DNA from: Companilactobacillus sp. HBUAS59544
GTDB taxonomy: Bacteria > Bacillota > Bacilli > Lactobacillales > Lactobacillaceae
Assembly (NCBI RefSeq): GCF_036913635.1
Contig: NZ_JAYKTZ010000003.1
DNA: 24,000 bases
Reading direction: 5' to 3' (one strand)
The translations under genes and the position numbers were made by a program. The notes beneath the pieces were generated by a model. It did no database searches and had not been told where the DNA came from. It saw only the letters and a list, made by a program, of their open reading frames with translations. This document shows, one piece after another, positions 8,516 through 17,312 of the stretch. Each line of letters opens with the position of its first letter. Position 1 is the stretch's first letter.

Positions 8516-9328
8516 TTACAAAGCAAACTTCTCAATTGCTAAGCCAACACCATCATGATTGTTATCAGCCGTCACAAAATCACAAACTTCTTTAGCACCT
8601 TTAGTAGCGTTGTCCATCGCTACACCCATGCCAGCAAGCTTTATCATAGAAATATCATTATCCCGATCACCCATGGCAATTACTTGCTTCATATCAATAT
8701 TCAATGAATCAGCCAAATGTTTGACCGCAACTCCTTTATTGACGTGCTGTGGAAAAATTTCTAGAAAACCAACACCTGTCCTAACTACAAAATAGTCTTG
8801 ATCAAAATGGTCATGAACCATTTGTGAGATTGAATCTAATTTCTTTTCATCACCATTGATGATGGCTTTGACGATTTCAAAATCTTCAGGCAGTTCATCT
8901 GGTTCACGAATCAACAAACCATTATCATTTTCAAAAGCTTGCGTAATAGTATATTTATCAATATTTTCAAAATGACTAGTATATGTCCGCCCTTCTGGAT
9001 CGACAACGTTATAGTTCAAACGGTTTCTTTGTGCAAAGTCAACAAATTCACGATAAAATTGATTACTCAAAGTTTGTTGGTAAATGATTTTTCCAACCAT
9101 ATTTTCAATGATTCCGCCACCATTGGTAATCATATATTGCTCAGAGCCACTGATCCCCAGATTTTTGGCATAATCCGTTATAGCGTTATGAGTTCTACCT
9201 GAACACAAGACAACTTTAATTCCTTTAGCTAAAGCTCTTTTGATTGCGGAAGCGTTTTTTGCTGAAACCGTCTTCTCAGAAGTTAGTAGAGTATCATCCA
9301 TATCTAGTGCTATTAATTTATAATCCAT
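8516..9328 (-). CDS. Cof-type HAD-IIB phosphatase (270 aa)
   Basis: HAD motifs LDMDDTLL (motif I), CSGR (II), K...GDRDNDISM (III/IV), and a Cof-type cap. The start ATG overlaps the upstream stop by 1 nt (TAATG). Confidence 0.85.
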   Translation of the reverse strand: MDYKLIALDMDDTLLTSEKTVSAKNASAIKRALAKGIKVVLCSGRTHNAITDYAKNLGISGSEQYMITNGGGIIENMVGKIIYQQTLSNQFYREFVDFAQRNRLNYNVVDPEGRTYTSHFENIDKYTITQAFENDNGLLIREPDELPEDFEIVKAIINGDEKKLDSISQMVHDHFDQDYFVVRTGVGFLEIFPQHVNKGVAVKHLADSLNIDMKQVIAMGDRDNDISMIKLAGMGVAMDNATKGAKEVCDFVTADNNHDGVGLAIEKFAL

Positions 9329-10098
9329 TACTTATCCTCACTCAAAGCATATTTTGTTATTGCCACTCCAACACCGCTATGATTATTATCGAGCGTTATG
9401 TCGTCAGCAAAATTTTTAATTCTTTGTGGTGAATTAGCCATTGCTACACCCACGCCAGCTAATTTCAACATCGGCACATCATTATCCAAATCCCCGATAG
9501 CTAATACTTGTTTCATATTTATTTTTAATCGTTTGGCTAATTTTTGTAAGGCTAAACCTTTGTTAACCTCCTTGGGAAAAAGTTCAATATCACGAGGACT
9601 GGTTATTACAATAAAGAACTTTTGATCAAATTTTTGATGCAAACTTGCTGCTAATGAATTTAACTTATGTTTTCTTGTATGCATTAAAAACTTGACAATA
9701 CCTAGTTCTGGATCAAGCATCCTTTTTTCCATCCATTCTTGATACGAATCATAAATATTTCCTTTGGTATCAATCAAAATATGCGCAATTTTATCATCGG
9801 TTAGTTGCTCAGCTATTTCTTGACAAGTGGTATTTTCTAGAACTTTTCGATAATGAATTTTTTTATCTAGACTTTCAATGACATTACCACCAAACTCAAT
9901 AATATATTGGTCACTGCCTGAAATTCCTAATTCATGGCAACTGTCAATTATGCCATCATATGAACGCCCTGAATTCAAAACAACTTTAATTCCTTGATCC
10001 AAAGCCTTTTTTATCGCCGCTTTATTATCAGCCGAAATCTTTTTCTTATCATCCAAAAGAGTGCCATCCATATCAATAGCAATCATTTTTATGTCCAT
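9328..10098 (-). CDS. Cof-type HAD-IIB phosphatase, paralog (256 aa)
   Basis: IDMDGTLL, NSGR, GDLDNDVPML. AAGGAG RBS 7 nt before ATG 10098. By eye about 40% identical to the downstream paralog. Confidence 0.85.
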   Translation of the reverse strand: MDIKMIAIDMDGTLLDDKKKISADNKAAIKKALDQGIKVVLNSGRSYDGIIDSCHELGISGSDQYIIEFGGNVIESLDKKIHYRKVLENTTCQEIAEQLTDDKIAHILIDTKGNIYDSYQEWMEKRMLDPELGIVKFLMHTRKHKLNSLAASLHQKFDQKFFIVITSPRDIELFPKEVNKGLALQKLAKRLKINMKQVLAIGDLDNDVPMLKLAGVGVAMANSPQRIKNFADDITLDNNHSGVGVAITKYALSEDK

Positions 10099-10144
10099 AA
10101 TGCTCTCCTTTGCTTTACTTTTACTTTAATTGTAATCCTTTACA

Positions 10145-10184
10145 TAAAAAAGTGGCTGAATCTAATAAATTCAACCACTTTTTC
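10145..10184 (-). terminator. Intrinsic terminator ending the seven-gene operon
   Basis: Minus strand: AAAAAGTGGTTGAAT-loop-ATTCAGCCACTTTTTT, a stem of about 14 bp with one mismatch, running into a T-tract. It starts 5 nt after the M42 stop codon. Confidence 0.8.
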
Positions 10185-10188
10185 CATA

Positions 10189-11283
10189 TCATTCTATTCC
10201 TGCAGATTTCTTTAGCTTATCTACTGTTGACCAATCAGCGCGACGACAAAATTCTGTTATTAATTTTATAGTTTGTTCATAATCTCGTTTATGAACCATC
10301 AATCTTGGCGAATGCATATAACGTGTCGGCATTGAAATAGTCATTGTTAAAACACCTTCCAGCATTTTATGAATATTACATGCATCAGTTCCACCGACCG
10401 TCATAAAATCATATCTTACGTCCAAATTCAAATCAGACACTATATTTTCCATTGTTTGAAGTAAACCATTATTTGCCATAGTTAATGAATCCAACACAGA
10501 CAGGATCACTCCTCCGCCAAGTTTCATCCCCTCACTATCAATTGGAGTATCCGTTGCAGTAGTAACATCCATAGCAATTGCAATATCGGGTTTAATGGTA
10601 TGAACTGCTGTTCTAGCACCTCGTATACCTACCTCTTCTTGGACAGTTGCGGCATGGTAAACATTAGCATAATGGCTCTCCATAGAAAGATTTCTCATCA
10701 CTTCCAATGCGGCCCCGACGCTTAAACGATCATCAAATGCTTTTCCCATTAAATAATTAGGATCATTCATTTGTCTAAATTTGACATTTGGCGTAATCAT
10801 ATCTCCAATTTGAATGCCTAAATGTTCTGCATATTTTCTCGAAGGAACACCAATATCTAGAAACAAATCTTTTGGTGCAATCACTTTGTTCTTAATACTA
10901 TCTGGCAAACCATGTGGTGCCCTTGATCCAACCACTCCAATAATTTTTTTATTATCCTCAGTGGTAATCGTCATTTCTTGTGCTGGCATAACATGTCCCC
11001 ACCAGCCTCCAACAGGAAGCAATTTTATATACCCATCATCGGTAATGCTTCTAACCATAAATCCAACTTCGTCCATATGACTAGACAACATAATTGTTGG
11101 TCCTTTTTTATCGCCATAGGACTTCAAAATAGTTGATCCCAAGTTATCATATTCTATTTCATCAGAATACTTTTCACCAAATGAGGTTACTACTCTGCTA
11201 ACTTCCCTTTCTCTTCCACCAATTCCATCAGCTTCAGATAGATCTTTTAACAAATTCAAATCTACTTCATTAAATTTAACCAT
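10189..11283 (-). CDS. M42-family metallo-aminopeptidase (PepA/FrvX/YsdC-like), full metal-ligand set (364 aa from ATG 11283; alternative GTG 11295)
   Basis: SSHMDEVGF, GKAFDDRLSVG, TVQEEVGIRGA, IAMDVTTA and TRYMHSP give the complete His / Asp / Glu-Glu / Asp / His pattern of M42 (clan MH). Confidence 0.85.
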   Translation of the reverse strand: MVKFNEVDLNLLKDLSEADGIGGREREVSRVVTSFGEKYSDEIEYDNLGSTILKSYGDKKGPTIMLSSHMDEVGFMVRSITDDGYIKLLPVGGWWGHVMPAQEMTITTEDNKKIIGVVGSRAPHGLPDSIKNKVIAPKDLFLDIGVPSRKYAEHLGIQIGDMITPNVKFRQMNDPNYLMGKAFDDRLSVGAALEVMRNLSMESHYANVYHAATVQEEVGIRGARTAVHTIKPDIAIAMDVTTATDTPIDSEGMKLGGGVILSVLDSLTMANNGLLQTMENIVSDLNLDVRYDFMTVGGTDACNIHKMLEGVLTMTISMPTRYMHSPRLMVHKRDYEQTIKLITEFCRRADWSTVDKLKKSAGIE

Positions 11284-11295
11284 CTTAACTGACAC

Positions 11296-12357
11296 CTACC
11301 TATTCTCTTCTTTAAATGATTGAATCTTGTCTATATTCAATTCTCCAACAAATTCTAAAAGCGCTTCTTTGGCAGATGAAAAATCATTTAAATCAAGAAC
11401 AGAGTTAGGGGTATTCATGTTTCTAATAGGAACATTTATAAACAGTGTTGGACATCCAGTTCTTAGCTTATTAATCCAGGCCGCATCTGACCCTTCCATT
11501 GAGTAATAAAATTGGAAAGGAATCTTCTTACTCCGACACAATTTTTTAAGCTCAGAAATTAGTAATCGATTTGGCAAAACCGTTTTATCATAAAAATTAA
11601 CTAATAAGCCTTTTCCTAAACAACCAATTCTATCATCAACTTTTTCTTGATAATCAAAGGCCTGGTCAGTGTCCAATACAATTCCCAAATCTGGTTTAAC
11701 CAAATTCGTGGTCGTTTGAATACCTCGTAATCCAACTTGCTCCTGGACAGTACATCCGACAAATAAATCGAAATCAAATGATTCATTTTGCACTTCTTTT
11801 AGAAATTCAATTTCCATCAGAGGAGCATATCTTCCATTCCAGTTACTAGTAAATATTTTATTCGAATTCTCATTTTTATTTAAAACTGGAAGAAAAGAAA
11901 CTCTATCACCTAATTTAATATCACTTTTTTCCAACTCACTTAAATTACTAAATCCAAAATCAATGAGGACATCTCCCTTAGAATCTAATGCATCCCCTTC
12001 AACATTAAATCCTAAAATAGTACCGTGCAGATTCTGAGAAGGTAGTAAAACTGCAGTTCCCAATAAACAATTTTTATTAATTTCACCTAAGGAAAGTGCC
12101 TTTACTGTTCCGTTCTCATTGAATTTTTTAATAATAAAACCAACTTCATCCATATGACCAGAAATTAAAACATGTGGAGCGTCTTTTCGCTTACTCTTTT
12201 TTACCGCATAAATTGACCCTAAATTATCATATATTATTTCATCAGAATATTTTTCAAATTCATTTCTAAGCACTTGTGAAATAGCTTTTTCATTTCCAGA
12301 AACTCCCGGTGCGTTGATAACCTTATTTAACAATGTTGTATCTACCGTTGAATTCAT
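11296..12357 (-). CDS. M42-family paralog with substituted metal ligands (probable pseudo-peptidase or repurposed subunit, 353 aa)
   Basis: SGHMDEVGF is retained. The aligned motifs read SNWNGRYAP (for AFDDR), TVQEQVGLRG (for QEEVG), VLDTDQA (Asp retained) and IRNMNTP (for YMHSP). GAGGAG RBS 7 nt before ATG 12357. Confidence 0.8.
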   Translation of the reverse strand: MNSTVDTTLLNKVINAPGVSGNEKAISQVLRNEFEKYSDEIIYDNLGSIYAVKKSKRKDAPHVLISGHMDEVGFIIKKFNENGTVKALSLGEINKNCLLGTAVLLPSQNLHGTILGFNVEGDALDSKGDVLIDFGFSNLSELEKSDIKLGDRVSFLPVLNKNENSNKIFTSNWNGRYAPLMEIEFLKEVQNESFDFDLFVGCTVQEQVGLRGIQTTTNLVKPDLGIVLDTDQAFDYQEKVDDRIGCLGKGLLVNFYDKTVLPNRLLISELKKLCRSKKIPFQFYYSMEGSDAAWINKLRTGCPTLFINVPIRNMNTPNSVLDLNDFSSAKEALLEFVGELNIDKIQSFKEENR

Positions 12358-12368
12358 CACTAATCTCC

Positions 12369-12890
12369 TCAGTAACAGATTTCTTTCTTCAAGTCAGAGT
12401 AATCTTCTTTTTGTACCTTTCTCTTTGCTAAATCAATAATGTTCTTTAGAGAAGCAGTTAATCCTGTACCCCCTTTTTTAGGCATTTTAACTATATCAAT
12501 TTTATCTTTATACTCGGAAATTGCCTCCGTACATTCCACAGACATTGCTGCAACTACAGGAATATGAACTTTTTGTTCAATCTTAAGACCTACTTCTCCA
12601 CACATTTTTCCAAATTTTTCATAATTAAATGCTGGGCCACAAATGACAACATCAGGTTGCAATTTTCTAACCATAGCTGCCATTTTTTTTGATACAATTT
12701 CATGATTTTCCAAGAAATAATCGTCACCACTATATAAAGTTGCAATTATTTCCGAATTATCCTCTTTTAATAGTGAATCAAACATGTTAGTAGATCCAAT
12801 TCCAAGTTTTTTTCCACCTAGTTCAACGTTTCCGTTTTCTTTACCACCTAATCCAGCTTGAATTTGGTCAAAAATAAAAATAATTTTCAT
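12369..12890 (-). CDS. Stand-alone protein resembling the N-terminal half of glycine/sarcosine/betaine reductase component B (GrdB family), no selenocysteine region (173 aa)
   Basis: MKIIFIFDQIQAGLGGKENG...GDDYFLENHEIVSKKMAAMVRKLQPDVVICGPAFNYEKFGKMCGEVG parallels, from memory, the GrdB N-terminus (VVHYINQFFAGIGGEEKA...GDSYYNEN...PDLFIAGPAFNAGRYGVACG). Start at ATG 12890 with a GAGGTGA RBS. Confidence 0.65.
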   Translation of the reverse strand: MKIIFIFDQIQAGLGGKENGNVELGGKKLGIGSTNMFDSLLKEDNSEIIATLYSGDDYFLENHEIVSKKMAAMVRKLQPDVVICGPAFNYEKFGKMCGEVGLKIEQKVHIPVVAAMSVECTEAISEYKDKIDIVKMPKKGGTGLTASLKNIIDLAKRKVQKEDYSDLKKEICY

Positions 12891-12903
12891 AGCGCTCACC
12901 TCT

Positions 12904-14244
12904 CTATAAATCATCTAACGAAAGATCATCAAACGATAAATCATCTGTTTCTTTTGATTTTTTAGCTTCAGCTTCCTCTTTCAAATATTGCTTATCCAAC
13001 GTTTTTATAAATGGATAGTAAACTAAACATCCTAAAGCCAATAGAACAAACTGCCATAATGATGCTATTAAACTACCCGTAGATAAGTAGCCTGAAAATC
13101 CTATCGGAGTAGTCCACGGCAAGGCTACGCCATTTGTATAAGGAATTAATCCAATTTTCGTAACAATAGTTGACAAGATTAAATTCATTGTAGGTACTAA
13201 TATGAATGGAATAATAATAATAGGATTTAGAACAATCGGAAGTCCAAAAATAATTGGTTCATTAATACCAAAAATTCCGGGTACTAATGACAAGTTAGCT
13301 AACTTTTTAATTCTTTCAGATTTACAGAAAAATATCATAATAATAATCAAGGATAAAGTACTTCCCCCACCACCAAAATTCGTGAAGAAGTTTGAGAATG
13401 GATCGGTAAAAATGTTGGGCAAAGTTTTCCCTGCTTGAAATGCATCCAAATTCTCCATTGTTAAAACTCTTGTAATTGGTCCAAAAACTGAATTTGCAAC
13501 TGCCGGACCATTAATTCCAAAGAACCAGAAAATTGTACATGCTAAGGAATAAACAATCTGAGCAGTTAACGTATTACCGACACCCTTTAATGGTGTTTGT
13601 AAAATTTCAAAAATAAAATTATGGAATGTTTGGAATGTTGTAAATTCAAAACCAATTCTAATAAAGAAGAAAATAACCATAACGATTCCACTTGGTACCA
13701 AAGCAGCAAACGATTGAGTGACTGCTGGTGGAACACCATCAGGCATCTTAATGGTCCATCCCTTTTTAGTTGCATATGCATAAACTTGAACAGAAAGCAA
13801 TGCAACTACTAAACCTAAAAATATTCCGTTAGTACCAAGATATTGCATGTCAATAGCACTCAATGGATCTTTCAATCCTTTTGCCGTTATTTGTAAAGGT
13901 GTCAAAATCAAATACCCAATAATTGCAACAGCTGCCCCTTGAATTGCATCAACCTTCAATTGTCTCCCATAGGCATAAGCAGTACCCATACATGATAAGA
14001 AACCAATCATGTCAAAAACTGCTCCTGAAACGTTTGTAAACCATGATGACCAATTGTCACCTAAAATATTATTCCAGAATCCTTCCCAACCTGGAATCGG
14101 AAAATTCGAAAATAGTAAGAAAAATGAACCAACAATAATTAATGGGGTAGTGATTAAAAAACCATCTCTGATGGCAACTAAAATCTTATTTCTGCCTAGC
14201 TTTTCCGCCACTGGCATTAAGCCGCTTTCTAACTTATTAAACAT
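12904..14244 (-). CDS. PTS EIIC permease, lactose/cellobiose/chitobiose (Lac/Chb) family (446 aa), with an acidic repeat tail
   Basis: N-terminus MPVAEKLGRNKILVAIRDGFLITTPLIIVGSFFLL is typical of CelB/ChbC-type EIIC. About 10 TM segments and a GINEPIIFGLPIVLNP motif. C-terminal tail ...ETDDLSFDDLSLDDL. No EIIA/EIIB gene in the window. Confidence 0.85.
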   Translation of the reverse strand: MFNKLESGLMPVAEKLGRNKILVAIRDGFLITTPLIIVGSFFLLFSNFPIPGWEGFWNNILGDNWSSWFTNVSGAVFDMIGFLSCMGTAYAYGRQLKVDAIQGAAVAIIGYLILTPLQITAKGLKDPLSAIDMQYLGTNGIFLGLVVALLSVQVYAYATKKGWTIKMPDGVPPAVTQSFAALVPSGIVMVIFFFIRIGFEFTTFQTFHNFIFEILQTPLKGVGNTLTAQIVYSLACTIFWFFGINGPAVANSVFGPITRVLTMENLDAFQAGKTLPNIFTDPFSNFFTNFGGGGSTLSLIIIMIFFCKSERIKKLANLSLVPGIFGINEPIIFGLPIVLNPIIIIPFILVPTMNLILSTIVTKIGLIPYTNGVALPWTTPIGFSGYLSTGSLIASLWQFVLLALGCLVYYPFIKTLDKQYLKEEAEAKKSKETDDLSFDDLSLDDL

Positions 14245-14289
14245 GGCATTTCACCTCTTAATTAATTTATTTATCTCTATAAAAACTCC

Positions 14290-15594
14290 TTAACACAATT
14301 CATTTTTTAAACAATCGTAATAAATTTCCATCATCATTTGCCAATCCTTCACATTTAGCCATTCATCACCTTTATGTGCAATCCCTTTTTGCCCAGGAAA
14401 TGATGGTCCAAATGCCACTATGTTTGGCATGCTACGTGCATACGTTGCTCCGGTAGTAGTAACTGGCTTCCCGTTTAAACCAGTATCATTTTCATAAATC
14501 TTAGAAAAATTTTTAATAAAATCCTGATTTGTACTTTTGACAACTGAAGGAATATTTCTATTAATCTCAACTGTCATATTTGATAAAAATTCCGTTGCTA
14601 GTTGTTTTAATATCTGCTCAGAATTTATTGACACTGGGTAACGCATAGAAAAGCTCAAATTCAACGAATCAGTTTTCTTTTCAATTTTATAAAAAGATAA
14701 TTGTAATTTTCCTGAATTATCATCTTCAAAATTAATCCCCAAATTTTTACCATCGGTCTGATCTGAGAATTTATCATCTATCCATCTAAACGTTTCTCCG
14801 ATTTGTCCATTCAATGAGCTAGCTTTATTAACTAACATAGGTAATACATTCTTGGCCATATCAGGAGCATTACTTGGTGATTTCTCCCCTTTAAAATTAG
14901 TTGTTATTCCGTCAATCGTTATCGATGCCGTATCTGGAATAAAACTTTTATCAAATACTCCATCGATTTTCTCAATTCTTTCTAGAGAATCATCGGTTAT
15001 TAAACAATTTATGGTTAAATCTAGCAATCCCCGCTCACCATAAACAATAGGAAATTTACAATCTGGAGTAAATCCGGCATATGGTGGTATTTCTTCATTC
15101 AAATATAATGGAATATCATTACTACCGGATTCTTCATCTGTTCCAAAAATTATTCTGATTCTCTTTTTCAGGGGTATATTTTGTTCTTTTATTAGATATA
15201 GAGCAAAAACTGTAGAAATAAATGGACCTTTATTATCTAAAACCCCTCTTCCAAAAAATCTCTTTTTTGAAATACTTAAATCAAATGGCGGATAATTCCA
15301 ATCATCTACTACATCCACTACATCTAAATGTCCTAATACAGCAAAATATTCACTAGTATTGGGCCCGTATTCTAGCCAACCAACACAGTCTGAAGCTTGA
15401 CCAGTTCTAAATCCTAGTTCTTTTGCGAGATTAAGCATATATTCCATCGCTTTTTTGGGTCCAATTCCAAATGGAGCTTGAAAGGTTCTATTCCCTTTTA
15501 CACTAGGAATAGATACTAGTCCTTTAAAATAATCAATGAACTGATTTTCATATTTGGAATACAGTACATTAAAATCACCACGAACATCATTCAA
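14290..15594 (-). CDS. pepV: M20-family dipeptidase, PepV/Sapep-like (434 aa), TTG start
   Basis: GHLDVVDV, GRGVLDNKGP, FGTDEESGS, PIVYGERG and GIAHKGDEW give the complete M20 ligand pattern with a PepV-type lid. TTG 15594 is preceded by an AAAGGAGGG RBS. The track's longer ORF would overlap the GntR gene end. Confidence 0.8.
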   Translation of the reverse strand: MNDVRGDFNVLYSKYENQFIDYFKGLVSIPSVKGNRTFQAPFGIGPKKAMEYMLNLAKELGFRTGQASDCVGWLEYGPNTSEYFAVLGHLDVVDVVDDWNYPPFDLSISKKRFFGRGVLDNKGPFISTVFALYLIKEQNIPLKKRIRIIFGTDEESGSNDIPLYLNEEIPPYAGFTPDCKFPIVYGERGLLDLTINCLITDDSLERIEKIDGVFDKSFIPDTASITIDGITTNFKGEKSPSNAPDMAKNVLPMLVNKASSLNGQIGETFRWIDDKFSDQTDGKNLGINFEDDNSGKLQLSFYKIEKKTDSLNLSFSMRYPVSINSEQILKQLATEFLSNMTVEINRNIPSVVKSTNQDFIKNFSKIYENDTGLNGKPVTTTGATYARSMPNIVAFGPSFPGQKGIAHKGDEWLNVKDWQMMMEIYYDCLKNELC

Positions 15595-15613
15595 GATTAT
15601 TTCCCTCCTTTCT

Positions 15614-16330
15614 TCAATTATGTCGATATAAAATATTATGAAATGTATATTTATCAGCTCGATAAAAAGATTCATCATAAAGAATCGGATAACCATCCGC
15701 AGAATAAGATGTGGTATGTGCTAAAAAACCAGGTGAACCCAATTTTATATTCATTTCATGGCTCAGTTTCTCACTCGATAAAACCGATTCTAATTCTTGA
15801 CTTCCATATGCAATTTTTATTGTTTTTTCAATAATACTAAAGAGTGAACCTGAAGCCATTTCACGATTAAGATTCTTTGCAAACTTCTGCTTTAAATATA
15901 TTTCCTCATGAGTCATAGAGTTATTGCCTATAGACCTTAAGCGGATTATTTTCCAAACTTTTTCTTTATCTAACAGTCTCAGTTGATCTTTTACAGTATC
16001 GGAAACATTTGATGTTTCCAAAAATGATAAAACCTTTGTGTGACTTTCTAGATGCATCTTTTTTGCAACTTCAGAGAAACCCACCAATCCATTGCTACCA
16101 CTGGAAATTCGACTATCTGGTGCTAAAACAAAGGTTCCCCGATTACGATCTTTAACAACTAATTGTCTCTTCTCTAATTCTTCAATCGATTTGCGAATCG
16201 TCAAACGTGAAGTATCAAATTGAAATGATAATTCCGTCTCAGACGGCAACTTTTGATGAACTCCATATTCTCCATCTTTGATGATCTTTTCTAATTTATC
16301 CGCGATCTTGCTGTACAAATATTCTGGCAT
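15614..16330 (-). CDS. GntR-family transcriptional regulator, HutC subfamily (wHTH + UTRA effector domain, 238 aa)
   Basis: N-terminus LYSKIADKLEKIIKDGEYGVHQKLPSETELSFQFDTSRLTIRKSIEELEKRQLV is a canonical GntR wHTH. The C-terminal length and pattern fit UTRA. Confidence 0.85.
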   Translation of the reverse strand: MPEYLYSKIADKLEKIIKDGEYGVHQKLPSETELSFQFDTSRLTIRKSIEELEKRQLVVKDRNRGTFVLAPDSRISSGSNGLVGFSEVAKKMHLESHTKVLSFLETSNVSDTVKDQLRLLDKEKVWKIIRLRSIGNNSMTHEEIYLKQKFAKNLNREMASGSLFSIIEKTIKIAYGSQELESVLSSEKLSHEMNIKLGSPGFLAHTTSYSADGYPILYDESFYRADKYTFHNILYRHN

Positions 16331-16343
16331 AAAAAAATTCCTC

Positions 16344-17297
16344 TTAATCTATTGGTGCTTTAATTCTCTTCTCATATGCATCCATCCACTCTTGTGTGAT
16401 GGGACTGATCTTAGTCTTATCATTTTCATCTGGATAGGCGATATAAACTGCTGGTGCTTCTTTTTCTGTTCCCATGGCAAATGTGAATTCAACATTGGTT
16501 GAAACTCCCCATTGTCCATCCTTACTCAAAGCAATTAAGGAGAACTCTCCAATTTTTCCGAAGCGCTTCTTTAATTTTCTCAAAAATGGATAGAGAGCTT
16601 TATCACAGGCTGCTTGTGGACTCAAACCAGTTCCCATTAAACGAACTATCTCATAGCAAAGACATCCTTTCATAATATCTTCACCTAAACCAGTTGCGGC
16701 AGCTCCTCCAATATCACTGTCAACGTAAAAACCATCACCTACTAAAGCGGAATCGCCAGTTCGACCAGCTTTTTTCATAAATAGTCCTGAAGTCGAAGTT
16801 CCGACTGACATTGAACCTGTTTGATCCAAACTGACCATTCCAACAGTATCATGTCCGTCATATGGTGAAAGATTCTTTTCAGCAATTTCAGCTTTGCGTT
16901 TCTCCCAAATTTTCTTTGCTCTAGGTGTCAACATATTCTTTCTTTCAAAGCCATTTTTAGTCGCATATTGACTGGCACCTTCACCTACCAAAACGCTGTT
17001 GAAATGCTCATGGCTCAAGCTTCTGGCTACTGAGATCGGATTCTTCACATCACTGATACCCATGACTGCACCAACGCCAAAAGTATCACCACTCATAAAG
17101 GCTGAATCTAATTCAACTAACCCATTTTCGTTAGGCAAACCACCGAATCCGACAGATTTAAAGTATGGATAATCCTCCACTTCTTTAATGGCAGATTCTA
17201 CCGCATCGCCGCTAGTACCACCACCTTTCAATAAATCAAGTCCCTTAGAGAGACCTTCATAAGCCATTCTCCAAGTTCCAATCATTGCATAAGTCAT
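16344..17297 (-). CDS. Ntn-hydrolase of the asparaginase-2 family, glycosylasparaginase (aspartylglucosaminidase) type (317 aa), no signal peptide
   Basis: Autoprocessing/nucleophile site GHD-TVGMVSLD (AGA-like HDT(I/V)GM, not IaaA-like G-TVGAV). Also GTSTSG, GRTGDSALVGDGFYVD (substrate Arg/Asp) and ATGLGEDIM. Start at ATG 17297 with an AAGGAG RBS 7 nt upstream. Confidence 0.75.
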   Translation of the reverse strand: MTYAMIGTWRMAYEGLSKGLDLLKGGGTSGDAVESAIKEVEDYPYFKSVGFGGLPNENGLVELDSAFMSGDTFGVGAVMGISDVKNPISVARSLSHEHFNSVLVGEGASQYATKNGFERKNMLTPRAKKIWEKRKAEIAEKNLSPYDGHDTVGMVSLDQTGSMSVGTSTSGLFMKKAGRTGDSALVGDGFYVDSDIGGAAATGLGEDIMKGCLCYEIVRLMGTGLSPQAACDKALYPFLRKLKKRFGKIGEFSLIALSKDGQWGVSTNVEFTFAMGTEKEAPAVYIAYPDENDKTKISPITQEWMDAYEKRIKAPID

Positions 17298-17312
17298 CTG
17301 ATCACTCCTTTT

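Noticed and set aside
12369-12371. TGA stop of the GrdB-like gene as a possible selenocysteine codon
   Set aside because: Reading through TGA adds only two codons (GGA GAT) before TAG. The selenocysteine of genuine GrdB lies in the C-terminal half, which is absent here, and no SECIS-like hairpin follows.
13202-14293. Several 60-95-aa ORFs on both strands inside the EIIC gene (13202-13438, 13587-13805, 13621-13812, 14009-14293)
   Set aside because: All are nested in or antisense to the EIIC coding frame, with no RBS and no recognisable sequence.
10189-17297. Impression that the seven-gene operon is more AT-rich than its neighbours (possible horizontal acquisition)
   Set aside because: Hand counts of single 60-nt lines (about 32% versus 35% GC) are far too noisy. 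No flanking repeats, integrase or tRNA are present. This needs a proper windowed GC/codon-usage calculation before any claim.
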